DNA of 32,576 bases from a virus. Its lineage: Duplodnaviria; Caudoviricetes. How positions within the stretch are numbered: position 1 is the first letter of the stretch; the number at the start of each line of letters is the position of its first letter. The stretch spans positions 1 through 32,576 of IMG/VR virus record IMGVR_UViG_3300005805_000276; one strand, written 5' to 3'. The position numbers and the translations under genes are program-made. Shown piece by piece: positions 24,281-32,576 of the stretch. The notes beneath the pieces are model-generated. The model worked only from the letters and a program-made list of their open reading frames with translations, ran no database searches and had not been told where the DNA came from.

Positions 24281-25226
24281 TGAAAGAGAGCTACAGGCAG
24301 GGCGAGCCGAGCTTATCGCCATAGCCGAGAGTAAAGAGTTCTACCTAGCGAATGAATGGCTTCTTGCCATTCAACAGGTCAAGGACTTGATGACGCTGGA
24401 CGCTTTAACGGTGGCGGTGATGAACAACGACGTGTACGCCATACAAAGGGCGTTTAGCCCCGAAGCCGTGCAGTTGAGACTCAAGGGCTTTAAGGATGCG
24501 ATGACGAACCACTATGCCACATCGGGCGTGCAGATTGCGAAGAAGGTGACCGTTTCAGGCGTTTACTTCAACCAAGTAAACCCACGGCTTGTAAACGTAG
24601 TGAACAACTGGACGAATACACTCATCACCAACGAGACGCAAGCCACGATTCAGGGGGTAGGAGCCGAGCTTGCTAAGGCGACACTAAGGGGGGTGAATCC
24701 GCTCCAAAGTGCTAGGGCAATCAGAGGAAGTATCGGCTTAACACCTCAACAGGTGAAAGCGGTACAGAACTATGAAGCTAAACTAAGGGCTGGTGAATCC
24801 GTAACCAGCTACAAACTTCGTGATAAACGCCTTACAAAGAAAGTCCTTAAAGAGGAGGACATCATCAAGCGTGTGGATCGGTACAGGCAAAAGCAACTCA
24901 AGTATCGGGCGGAAACCATCGCACGCACAGAAGCCTTGCGTATGACCAACATGGCGAATCAACATATTTATGAGAACGCCATTGAAGAGGGAAGCATCGG
25001 GGCGAATGATTACCGCAAATTTTGGGTTCCTCGTCGTGATAGCAAAACAAGGGACGCTCATTTAACGTTGCCCAGCATGAATAAGGAAGGGCGAGCGATT
25101 AACGAGCCGTTTATCAGCACACTAGGGCGGATTATGTATCCTCACGACCCCCAAGCGTCCACAGGCAACACGGTGAACTGCCGTTGTGTCGTCATCTATG
25201 CGTTGCAGGCATCCGCTTTCCTCTAG
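24273..25226 (+). CDS. head morphogenesis / minor capsid protein (SPP1 gp7, Mu gpF-like)
   Basis: RAETIARTE, K.W....D..TRDAH, MYPHDP, NCRCVV. Confidence 0.88.
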   Translation: MPSERELQAGRAELIAIAESKEFYLANEWLLAIQQVKDLMTLDALTVAVMNNDVYAIQRAFSPEAVQLRLKGFKDAMTNHYATSGVQIAKKVTVSGVYFNQVNPRLVNVVNNWTNTLITNETQATIQGVGAELAKATLRGVNPLQSARAIRGSIGLTPQQVKAVQNYEAKLRAGESVTSYKLRDKRLTKKVLKEEDIIKRVDRYRQKQLKYRAETIARTEALRMTNMANQHIYENAIEEGSIGANDYRKFWVPRRDSKTRDAHLTLPSMNKEGRAINEPFISTLGRIMYPHDPQASTGNTVNCRCVVIYALQASAFL

Positions 25227-25279
25227 TGGCTAACAAAAGCATTTTTAAAAATGTTAATGTAATAACGGAGGTTCTTAAT

Positions 25280-26338
25280 ATGGATTTTGTACTTGATTTA
25301 GAAACCAAACTATCCGCCGACAAACGCAAAGTTTACGGCTGGGGCAACGTGGCAACCAAGAACGGAATGCCTGTTATTGACCAAAAAGGGAATCACATCC
25401 CAATTAACGTATTAGACACCGCCGTCAAGTCTTTTATGGCGGACGGCGGGCGTGTCAACTTCAACCACGAAGGCATGAATAACCCACAGCGTGGGGTGGT
25501 GTCACAGTCATTTGTACTCAAGAGCGAAATGGCACAAGCACTAGGTATGCAAACCGACCGTGAAGGTTGGGCGGTTGAAATTGACGTACAGGATGACGAC
25601 GCTTGGCAAGTAGTGCAAAGTGGACTCATTAAAGGACTTTCACTAGGGGGAACAAGCAAAATCCTTACAGGTGAAGAAGAGATTAAACGCTTAAGCAAGG
25701 ATCCAAACGCTCCCTTTGAGGATGTGCGTTTGGTGACCGAATTGAGCATCCAAGAACTAAGCCTTGTACTCGCTCCTGCGAATCAGTTTAGTGATGTTAC
25801 CCTAGTTCTGAATAAGGAGGAACCTATGAATCAGGACGAACAAAACAAACGGTTGGAGGAATTGCAAAAGCAAGTCACCCAGCTATCGAGTGAAAAGCAG
25901 GAGCTAGAATTGAAGCTATCTGCTTACGAGTCCCCAAAGGTTGTGATGACCGCCGAATTGGCATTGTCTCAACTAGATGGCGACGCTCAAGCGGTACTTA
26001 AGCAAGCTTTAGCACAGGCAGAGGAAGCAAAAGCGACCCTTGCCAAGCATGAGCAGGCTTTGGCATTATCAAACGCTAAGGAAGAGATTGCTTTTCTTGG
26101 TGGTGAAGATGACGCTCAAACCGCTATCGCATTGGGCTTGCTTCAAGCAGGCGAGCATCGTGAGGCGATTGTGCTAGCGATGAAAGGGCTTGCGGATAAA
26201 GTGGAGTCCGTGCAGGAAGCCGTTGCTTTGAAGCTTGGTAAAATGCCAAGGGCTTCTAAGGATGCCGAAGACAAGCCTTCTGCGAATATGGACGATGTTA
26301 AGAAGAAGTTTAAAGCTTTAAGTGGAGGTGCTAACTAA
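25280..26338 (+). CDS. prohead protease (XkdF-like) fused to scaffold
   Basis: ATG 25280 after GGAGG; RKVYGW, NFNH, GWAV, W..VQSGLIKGLSLGG, ELSLVLAPAN; helical C-terminal half. Confidence 0.82.
   Translation: MDFVLDLETKLSADKRKVYGWGNVATKNGMPVIDQKGNHIPINVLDTAVKSFMADGGRVNFNHEGMNNPQRGVVSQSFVLKSEMAQALGMQTDREGWAVEIDVQDDDAWQVVQSGLIKGLSLGGTSKILTGEEEIKRLSKDPNAPFEDVRLVTELSIQELSLVLAPANQFSDVTLVLNKEEPMNQDEQNKRLEELQKQVTQLSSEKQELELKLSAYESPKVVMTAELALSQLDGDAQAVLKQALAQAEEAKATLAKHEQALALSNAKEEIAFLGGEDDAQTAIALGLLQAGEHREAIVLAMKGLADKVESVQEAVALKLGKMPRASKDAEDKPSANMDDVKKKFKALSGGAN
25826..26338 (+). CDS. scaffold protein from an internal in-frame start
   Basis: TAAGGAGG-5 nt-ATG at the protease/coiled-coil boundary. 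Confidence 0.6.
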   Translation: MNQDEQNKRLEELQKQVTQLSSEKQELELKLSAYESPKVVMTAELALSQLDGDAQAVLKQALAQAEEAKATLAKHEQALALSNAKEEIAFLGGEDDAQTAIALGLLQAGEHREAIVLAMKGLADKVESVQEAVALKLGKMPRASKDAEDKPSANMDDVKKKFKALSGGAN

Positions 26339-26730
26339 TGGTTGCTTATGTAGAGTTTACAGATCAAGTCGTCCGTATTCTTACGGCAGGCGGTGCAATT
26401 ACCACATCGGATGTCGGTAAAGCCGTTAAAATCTCTAGCGGTAAAGTTGTTTTAAATGACACCGCTGGCGGTGATGTTATTGGCGTGGTTGGGAACGTGC
26501 AAAGTACGTTAGCTGATGGCGACAATGTGCCTATTGTTGTGCAAGGTGGAGCATTAGTGCAAGGTGGAGGAAGTATTACAGCTTTGACCAACTTGATGAG
26601 TGCTAACGACGGTCAACTTGTGACCGCCACAACTACAGGCAAAGTTATTGGTTGGGCAGTAAAAGCAGGTACGGACGGAGGCTACTTTGAAGCCTTTATT
26701 GACCGTGCAGGCAACAACGCATTAAGTTAG
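26338..26730 (+). CDS. capsid decoration/cement protein
   Basis: Gly/Ala/Val-rich 130-aa protein between scaffold and capsid genes; GKAVK, IGVV, LMSANDG, VIGWAV. Confidence 0.75.
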   Translation: MVAYVEFTDQVVRILTAGGAITTSDVGKAVKISSGKVVLNDTAGGDVIGVVGNVQSTLADGDNVPIVVQGGALVQGGGSITALTNLMSANDGQLVTATTTGKVIGWAVKAGTDGGYFEAFIDRAGNNALS

Positions 26731-26741
26731 AAAGGTAAGCA

Positions 26742-27791
26742 ATGACTAACATTAACTACACTCCTATTTTAACGGAAGCGTCTTACGTTCATGCAAAACA
26801 GGCTATGCCTTATGCACTTGAATTGATTTCGACGTTGCCTTTTGTCCCTGTCTCTACGACGACTGGAACAATCATCAAGCCAAACCTTGATGAACAGCGT
26901 CGTAACGATGTAACCGCAGACCCCTACGGTACGCCGATTGAAACTCGCATCAGCGATACTTCAACGGTTGCCTATACGACCGCATCCTTTAACGACGGCG
27001 AGCGTTTGCTTGGCGTTGAAGGGATTAACGTCGGTGGATTAACCAGCGTTACAGCTCAAGAGCATATGTTGAACTTGGCGACCATTACCGCCGAGCGTTC
27101 AGCCTTTAAGTTGATTAAAGGTTTTGCTAACGAGTTTATGAACGCTAACAACTATGGTTCAGGTTCTAAAACTGACCCTACCGACTGGACAACTGCCACG
27201 ACTAACTTAGTTGAGCAGATCACAGCAAAGGTGGATGAGGTTCAAAAAGTAAGCGGTGCGGTTCCCGATACAATCATCGTCACTAAAGACGTTCATGCGG
27301 TTATTCGTAATAACGTCCAAGTGTTAGATGCTTTGGCAGGCTATGGGGCTTCTACGTCTCAAGGTGCCGAGTATGGGGCGTATTACTTAGGGTTACAGAA
27401 CTTTGCCCGTGTATTTGGCGTTCAAAACTACTTTGTTTTGGATGGCTCTTACAACAGTGCTGGTATTCGTGCGACTGCTTCAAACGCATGGTTAGAGTCT
27501 AAGAAGCTTTTGATTGCTTGCTTAGGTCAAAACTTGTCGTTAAATGGTTCCACGATTCAAAACTACGGCGGTTTGGGTGTATGCCCTTACGTCGATATGA
27601 CCAGCTTGAGCAGTGCAGAGTTTCGCATTGGCAACGGTAGCAACACGCTTCCTTTCCCTATCGTAACTCGTACATCGTTTAATCCTGAAATTGCAGGCGG
27701 TGGTGAACATAAGATTATCTCTGAAGTCTTAGCTGGCTTTAAAGTTATCGAGCCGTTATACGGCCACTTGTTTACTGGAGCAATCGCTTAG
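26742..27791 (+). CDS. major capsid protein
   Basis: 349 aa, expected position; LTEAS.., PFVPV, GAVPDTIIV, LARVFGV-like segment, GHLFTGAIA terminus. Confidence 0.82.
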   Translation: MTNINYTPILTEASYVHAKQAMPYALELISTLPFVPVSTTTGTIIKPNLDEQRRNDVTADPYGTPIETRISDTSTVAYTTASFNDGERLLGVEGINVGGLTSVTAQEHMLNLATITAERSAFKLIKGFANEFMNANNYGSGSKTDPTDWTTATTNLVEQITAKVDEVQKVSGAVPDTIIVTKDVHAVIRNNVQVLDALAGYGASTSQGAEYGAYYLGLQNFARVFGVQNYFVLDGSYNSAGIRATASNAWLESKKLLIACLGQNLSLNGSTIQNYGGLGVCPYVDMTSLSSAEFRIGNGSNTLPFPIVTRTSFNPEIAGGGEHKIISEVLAGFKVIEPLYGHLFTGAIA

Positions 27792-27811
27792 TAGTGAATA
27801 AGGCAAGAATA

Positions 27812-27840
27812 AAGGGGTGTGGATACATTCACGCCCCCTT
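27812..27840 (+). terminator. Hairpin after the capsid gene (weak terminator or stabiliser)
   Basis: GGGGTGTG-GATACATT-CACGCCCC with a poor U-tract. Confidence 0.5.
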
Positions 27841-27855
27841 GTCTATGGAGGCAGT

Positions 27856-28308
27856 ATGGGACGCAATAAGAACTTTACTATCGACTTCGACAAAGCCGTT
27901 GACGTGGCGATGAAAGACGCAGAAGCCATTTATTCGTTAGGGTGCGACATGCTGTTTAACAGCATTATTGTGGGGAAAGATGCCCCCGATACCGTGGTTT
28001 CACACAGTGGAACACCAGTTGACACAGGCTTTGCTCGTGCGTCGTGGTGGAAGGCTATCGGCGGTGTAGGCTCACATCCTAATCAACCCACAAAAGGCGA
28101 GACCGTATCGGCTCCATTGCATCCACTAGGCAAGCTTAAGCTTACCGACAAGGCGTATCTAGCGAATAACGCCCCTTATATCCTAGCGTTGGAATACGGA
28201 CATTCATCACAAGCAGGCGACGGCATGATCCGCATTACACTTGAGGAAGCCCCTAGGTTTTGGGAGCTTGCCAAGAAACGCCTAGCGACAGCGAGGGCTA
28301 ACCGATGA
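27856..28308 (+). CDS. HK97 gp10-like neck/tail completion protein
   Basis: TPVDTGFARASW, YLANNAPYILALEYGHSSQA; ATG 27856 after GGAGG. Confidence 0.85.
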   Translation: MGRNKNFTIDFDKAVDVAMKDAEAIYSLGCDMLFNSIIVGKDAPDTVVSHSGTPVDTGFARASWWKAIGGVGSHPNQPTKGETVSAPLHPLGKLKLTDKAYLANNAPYILALEYGHSSQAGDGMIRITLEEAPRFWELAKKRLATARANR

Positions 28309-28718
28309 ACGCTTACAACGCTTTAGAGCTTGCTTTGCACACACGCCTAGCGACAGTGGTGACGACCAATTTAATTAAGTACCCTAACATCATTTACGAC
28401 GACAGCCAAGAAACGGCAATATGGGTGCGTCCGTCTTTGCTTTATGGTTCTGCCGAATCGGCGACACTGGGACGTGATGGCTTAAACTTCGTGCGTGGGG
28501 TTTATCAGGTGAGCATCTTCACCGCACGGAATACAGGCACAAAACCTAGCAACGATTACGCAAAGCTTATACTAGATGCCTTCCCGAAGGGTGACCGCCT
28601 TACATTTACAGGCGGTGTTATAATGATAAATGTAGGCTATCAGTCGACAAATCTTTTAGAAGAACAGTTTTTACACACGCCTGTAACGATACCGTTCACG
28701 GCACACATGGAGGTTTAA
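28305..28718 (+). CDS. tail terminator protein
   Basis: YPN, WVR, GVYQVSIF...TG, FPKG, PVTIPF; lies just before the tube gene. Confidence 0.8.
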   Translation: MNAYNALELALHTRLATVVTTNLIKYPNIIYDDSQETAIWVRPSLLYGSAESATLGRDGLNFVRGVYQVSIFTARNTGTKPSNDYAKLILDAFPKGDRLTFTGGVIMINVGYQSTNLLEEQFLHTPVTIPFTAHMEV

Positions 28719-28721
28719 TCA

Positions 28722-29618
28722 ATGCCATTCGCTCAAGGTTCACGTTTTGATGTTGGTATGCAGGTAGAGGAAACATACGGCGTGGCTCCTGCCGTCCCTG
28801 CTTTAGTGGCTTTCCCTGTTACAAGTTTTGGCATTAACCCCACAAAACCGCTTTTAACGTCGGAATCCTTTAATGCTCTTGGTCAGCGTAACTTCCAACG
28901 ACACGGCAATTTGTCAGTGGCTGGGGATATTGGCTTTGAGTTCGCCGATTCTGATTTCGACACCTTTCTTGAAGGCGTGATGCACTCCACATTTTCCGCT
29001 GGCGTATTGAAGCACGGCACAGGCATTCGCTCCTATTACATTGAGGGACGACAAAATGACAACACGGATTATAGCCTTGTCAAAGGGGCTATCTTCAATC
29101 AATTGACATTAAATATGTCTTTGGATGCCCTTGTGACTGGTACGGCTTCGATTGTGGCTCGTGACCAAGTGGATAGCGGAACATCATTTGATGCCACAAT
29201 GACGGCATCGTCTAACACACCCCCTTTTGCAGGGCATGAAGTGACGGTCAGCTGGAAAGGCTCCGCTTACAAGGCAAGCAGTGCGTCGTTGACAATTAAC
29301 AACAACTTCGAGCCTAATCCTGTTTTAGGCTCGAACCTAGCCGATTCCTTCTCAAAGGGTTTCATTGACGTAACAGGCTCTTTGGAGTTGTACGTTCAAG
29401 ATGTAAGTGTCTCTACCGATTTTAGAGATGAAGTCGAAGACGATTTAAGCATCGTTATTTCAGACGGTACGAATACTTACACCTTCTTGATGCCAAAGGT
29501 CAAATTATCGAGTGCAGAGAAGAATCCAGCAGGGCAAGGCTCAATCATCATAACGGCTGGATTCAGTGCGACTTATGATTCAGGGGAAGCGACGACGTTA
29601 AAAATCACGAAAGCATAG
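28722..29618 (+). CDS. major tail tube protein
   Basis: AQGSR...EETYG, RHGNLSVAGDI.FE, LTINNN, VTGSLELY, YTFLMPKVK. Confidence 0.88.
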   Translation: MPFAQGSRFDVGMQVEETYGVAPAVPALVAFPVTSFGINPTKPLLTSESFNALGQRNFQRHGNLSVAGDIGFEFADSDFDTFLEGVMHSTFSAGVLKHGTGIRSYYIEGRQNDNTDYSLVKGAIFNQLTLNMSLDALVTGTASIVARDQVDSGTSFDATMTASSNTPPFAGHEVTVSWKGSAYKASSASLTINNNFEPNPVLGSNLADSFSKGFIDVTGSLELYVQDVSVSTDFRDEVEDDLSIVISDGTNTYTFLMPKVKLSSAEKNPAGQGSIIITAGFSATYDSGEATTLKITKA

Positions 29619-29628
29619 GGAGTAGATT

Positions 29629-30015
29629 ATGCGTTTAGGGGATATTAAAGCAAAGCAAGCCGTCTTTCAAGCGGTTGATCCAGTGTATGGTGAACCTATT
29701 GAAGATGTGAAAATCACATTTAAGCCACGTTCAGATGTTGAAGCTTACGAGAAGTTTAGTCTCAAGGTGGCAAGCGGTGGTTTGAACACATCTCAAGACA
29801 TCGCAGAAACCTTTTTTGAGATATTGCAAGACGGCGTGATTGGTGATTACGAGTTCACCCCCGAGGGATTTCAGGAATTGCTTGAAGACGAGAACTCCGC
29901 TTTTATTGGAAATCAGATTGTTGAGTTCTTTACGGAAAAAAGCAATTTTTTTACGGTTCCCCCTCCAGTGGTGAAAGAGGAACAGCCAGCCAAGCCAGCC
30001 AAGAAGAAGAAATAA
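29629..30015 (+). CDS. tail assembly chaperone (gpG-like)
   Basis: Between tube and tape measure genes; ends with KSNFF over a slippery T7 run. Confidence 0.75.
   Translation: MRLGDIKAKQAVFQAVDPVYGEPIEDVKITFKPRSDVEAYEKFSLKVASGGLNTSQDIAETFFEILQDGVIGDYEFTPEGFQELLEDENSAFIGNQIVEFFTEKSNFFTVPPPVVKEEQPAKPAKKKK
29946..29952 (+). other. -1 programmed ribosomal frameshift site (T TTT TTT)
   Basis: The -1 frame is open from 29952 straight into ORF 30042-30353. Confidence 0.75.
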
Positions 30016-30353
30016 CCGCTTACGCCAAATGGCTATGCGGTATGCGGAAAGTCCCCAAGGGGGGCAAGTGTACCGTATGGCAGACAATCCACCACAACAA
30101 CCCTTCTAGCCCTGCCCTAGTGCCTCCAAAATGCAGGCATGGGTACTTATTCAACGTCTACGACGAGATTTCATTTCATGGCAAGGATTACGGCATGGGT
30201 GGAGCAAGCCCCTTGAAGTGGACGGAGCTTGAGGCGTGGCATCGCCTGTTTGGGGTGGCATACAACCGAGACGAGCTTAAGCTTATAATGTTGATAGACC
30301 GTTTAATGATGACGCAGGAGGCTTCACAACATGATGATGGCGGACAATCCTAA
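29952..30353 (+). CDS. tail assembly chaperone T segment (gpGT fusion via frameshift)
   Basis: YGSPSS...EITAYAKWLCGMRKVP...PLKWTELEAW..L...ELKLIMLID. Confidence 0.75.
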   Translation, partial: YGSPSSGERGTASQASQEEEITAYAKWLCGMRKVPKGGKCTVWQTIHHNNPSSPALVPPKCRHGYLFNVYDEISFHGKDYGMGGASPLKWTELEAWHRLFGVAYNRDELKLIMLIDRLMMTQEASQHDDGGQS

Positions 30354-32576
30354 AATCATAGTGGAGACCAAAGCTGAAGGAGTCGCTAAAACAGAAGGCG
30401 ACTTAAGGAAGCTTAAAAACACGGCAGACGGCACAGCAAAGGCAGGCGATAAGGTTGCTGGCTCCTTTAAGATGCTTGGTGCGACATTGGCAACGCTTGG
30501 CATTGGGGCGATTGCTAAACAACTAGCCGATACAGCCGACAAGATGCGTCTATTAGAAGCACGCACGATCAACGCAAGCAAAGGCATTGCACTAGGCACG
30601 CAGAACTTTGAAGCCTTGAAGAAAGTCGCTATTGGCACAGGGACGAGCCTTGAAGGTATCGTAACCGTCTTTCAAAGAATATCGAACACGAAAAATAGCA
30701 TCGGTGCAACGAACGCCGAAATGCTGGTGTTGACGGATACCGTCTCAAAACTTGGCGTATTGAGTGGAGCCAGTGGTGAAGCCATTAAAAACAGCTTAGT
30801 GCAGTTCTCGCAGGCTATGGCAGGCGGTATTGTGCGAGCCGAAGAGTTTAACTCCATTGTGGAAAACACGCCCGAGATTGCTATTAAAATTGCTGAAGGC
30901 TTAGGTATTTCAATAGGCAAGTTAAGGCTTATGGTTATTGAAGGCAAGCTCCTTTCAAAGGACGTGTTCGACGTACTCATCAAGCAGGCGGATGATGTGA
31001 ACAAAGAGTTCGACAAAATGCCTATGACGTTTGGGCGTTTGAAGTCGCAAGCAGACATCACCTTTGCGTCATTGGTGGCAGACATTGACAAGGCGACTGA
31101 TGCCAGCGGTTCATTGTTGCGTTTTCTTGATTCGATTTTAGATAATTTTGAAAAGAATAAACAAGCGGTTGTTGACTTTGGGAGCTTAACTGTAAAAGTG
31201 GCTCGTTCAGTGGTAAATGTTGTGCAGGCGTTAATTCGTGGAATGCTGGGGTTGATTTCAGCAGGGGTGACGCAAGTCCTTAAGGATATTTTGTACATTA
31301 CTAAAGTTGTCAATTCTCAATTAAAGTTTTACAAACTTTCAGTTCCTACAGGCGGTTTGCAACAGGCGATTGATGTCGGAAATATCTCTACAAAGGGCTT
31401 TTTTAAAGACGCAGGCACGGACTTTCAGCAAATCGGAAATGAGTTTAAAGCCCCTAAAGTGCAAAGATCGATGCCTATTCCTAGGGATATTCGAGGCACA
31501 GTCGAAACGCCTTTAAGTAAAACAGGCAAGGGTAAGAAAGCAAAAGAGGGTGAATCCGAAGCCCAAAAAGAAGCCGAACGCTACGCTGATGCTCTTAAAG
31601 GCTTGAAGGAAAAAGCTAGGGATGCTATGCTGGAAGTCCAAGGCATGGACAAGGCGATTCAAGCCTTGTCTAGTGGTGGCATTAAAGCCTACGAGGCACA
31701 GCTTAAGCAGAATGAAGGCTTAGGGCGTTACAACGAGTTAATGGGCGATTATCTAGGCAAGGGCAAGAAAGAGCTTGAACTACTGGCTCAAAGCATCGTC
31801 AAGCGTGAGCAGGACACGGAAGCCAAAAAGAAACAGCTTGAATTGAGTGTAAGCTTAAAGCAGGCTATGGAAGAAGCAAACATTGAAGAGGCGAAACAGA
31901 AAGCCTTGCGTGATGCGTTCCTTGCAGGCGGTGAGAAAGCCCTTGAGCTTAAACAGCGTGAGTTGGATATTGAGCAAAGAAAACGTGACTTGCTAAAAGA
32001 TAGCAATGCAAACGCTGATCAAAAACAACAGGCACAGGAACAAGCCACTCGTGAACAAGCGTTAAAGGATTATGCAGACCAAACGCAACAAATGGCAGAC
32101 CGTGCGAAAGAAACAAGCGAGGGCATTCGTAACGCTTTACGTTCGGCGTTTGACAATACAATAACCTATATGTTAAACGGCACGGCTTCTTTCAAGGAAA
32201 TCATGGTGGGGCTATTGCGTCAAGTGGCGGTGCAGTTAATTAAAGTTTATACCTTACAGCTTTTAATGGGTATTGTAGGCGGTGGTCAAACAGGCGGAGC
32301 TAATTCAGGAGCCTTTGGCGGTAAATTGACAGGGGTTTTTGACAAAATAGGTCAAGTTTTTGAAGTGCCAGTAATACCAAAAAATGCTCCTCAATTAAGT
32401 GGTGGTTTTGGTGGTCGTGCAGGCGGTGGAGCGGTATCCGCAAACAAGCCTTACATGGTGGGTGAATCAGGTCGTGAAATGTTTGTGCCACGATCCGCAG
32501 GGAACATCATCCCTAACCACGCTATGCCTAGCGGTGGAGGCGGTGGAGGTATTACAGTCATCAACAACGTAACGGT
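30331..32576 (+). CDS. tape measure protein (partial, runs off the window; absent from the ORF track)
   Basis: AGGAGG SD; frame checked open to the window end; QFSQAMAGGIVRAEEFNSIVENTP tape-measure domain and C-terminal YMVGESGREMFVP. Confidence 0.92.
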   Translation, partial: MMMADNPKIIVETKAEGVAKTEGDLRKLKNTADGTAKAGDKVAGSFKMLGATLATLGIGAIAKQLADTADKMRLLEARTINASKGIALGTQNFEALKKVAIGTGTSLEGIVTVFQRISNTKNSIGATNAEMLVLTDTVSKLGVLSGASGEAIKNSLVQFSQAMAGGIVRAEEFNSIVENTPEIAIKIAEGLGISIGKLRLMVIEGKLLSKDVFDVLIKQADDVNKEFDKMPMTFGRLKSQADITFASLVADIDKATDASGSLLRFLDSILDNFEKNKQAVVDFGSLTVKVARSVVNVVQALIRGMLGLISAGVTQVLKDILYITKVVNSQLKFYKLSVPTGGLQQAIDVGNISTKGFFKDAGTDFQQIGNEFKAPKVQRSMPIPRDIRGTVETPLSKTGKGKKAKEGESEAQKEAERYADALKGLKEKARDAMLEVQGMDKAIQALSSGGIKAYEAQLKQNEGLGRYNELMGDYLGKGKKELELLAQSIVKREQDTEAKKKQLELSVSLKQAMEEANIEEAKQKALRDAFLAGGEKALELKQRELDIEQRKRDLLKDSNANADQKQQAQEQATREQALKDYADQTQQMADRAKETSEGIRNALRSAFDNTITYMLNGTASFKEIMVGLLRQVAVQLIKVYTLQLLMGIVGGGQTGGANSGAFGGKLTGVFDKIGQVFEVPVIPKNAPQLSGGFGGRAGGGAVSANKPYMVGESGREMFVPRSAGNIIPNHAMPSGGGGGGITVINNVT

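Noticed and set aside
30324-32491. Several minus-strand ORFs (104, 213, 72, 70, 63 aa)
   Set aside because: Shadows of the tape measure gene, which is open on the plus strand to the window end.

Overview
The whole window is tailed-phage DNA of siphovirus type, with no host genes, integrase, tRNA, rRNA or CRISPR array recognised. From left to right: (1) 1-641, the end of a rightward lysis module (amidase). (2) 721-15631, a tightly packed leftward early arm with many small hypothetical genes, an XRE HTH protein, a HAD phosphatase, a DUF6291-type replication initiator, a DEDDh exonuclease, RecT with a RecE-like nuclease, and a GH108 muramidase among membrane proteins. (3) A ~1.1 kb non-coding control region with structured RNA leaders and an iteron/AT-rich origin-like element. 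(4) A moron-like gene. (5) A rightward morphogenesis arm: TerS, displaced head-completion genes, TerL, portal, DNA methyltransferase, gp7-like protein, protease/scaffold, decoration, capsid, neck, tail tube, frameshifted chaperones, and a tape measure gene running off the end. Most notable: the methyltransferase carries a 344-aa intein whose HNH endonuclease is encoded in the +1 frame, nested inside the still-open intein frame, with a candidate promoter of its own. Ala-Ala, Gly-Pro and Pro-Gly dipeptides appear absent from all proteins, implying purging of GCNGC, GGNCC and CCNGG. Several promoters share a leader/terminator RNA-switch architecture. The origin-like element is partly duplicated upstream of the initiator. 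All family assignments come from motif recognition by eye, not database searches.
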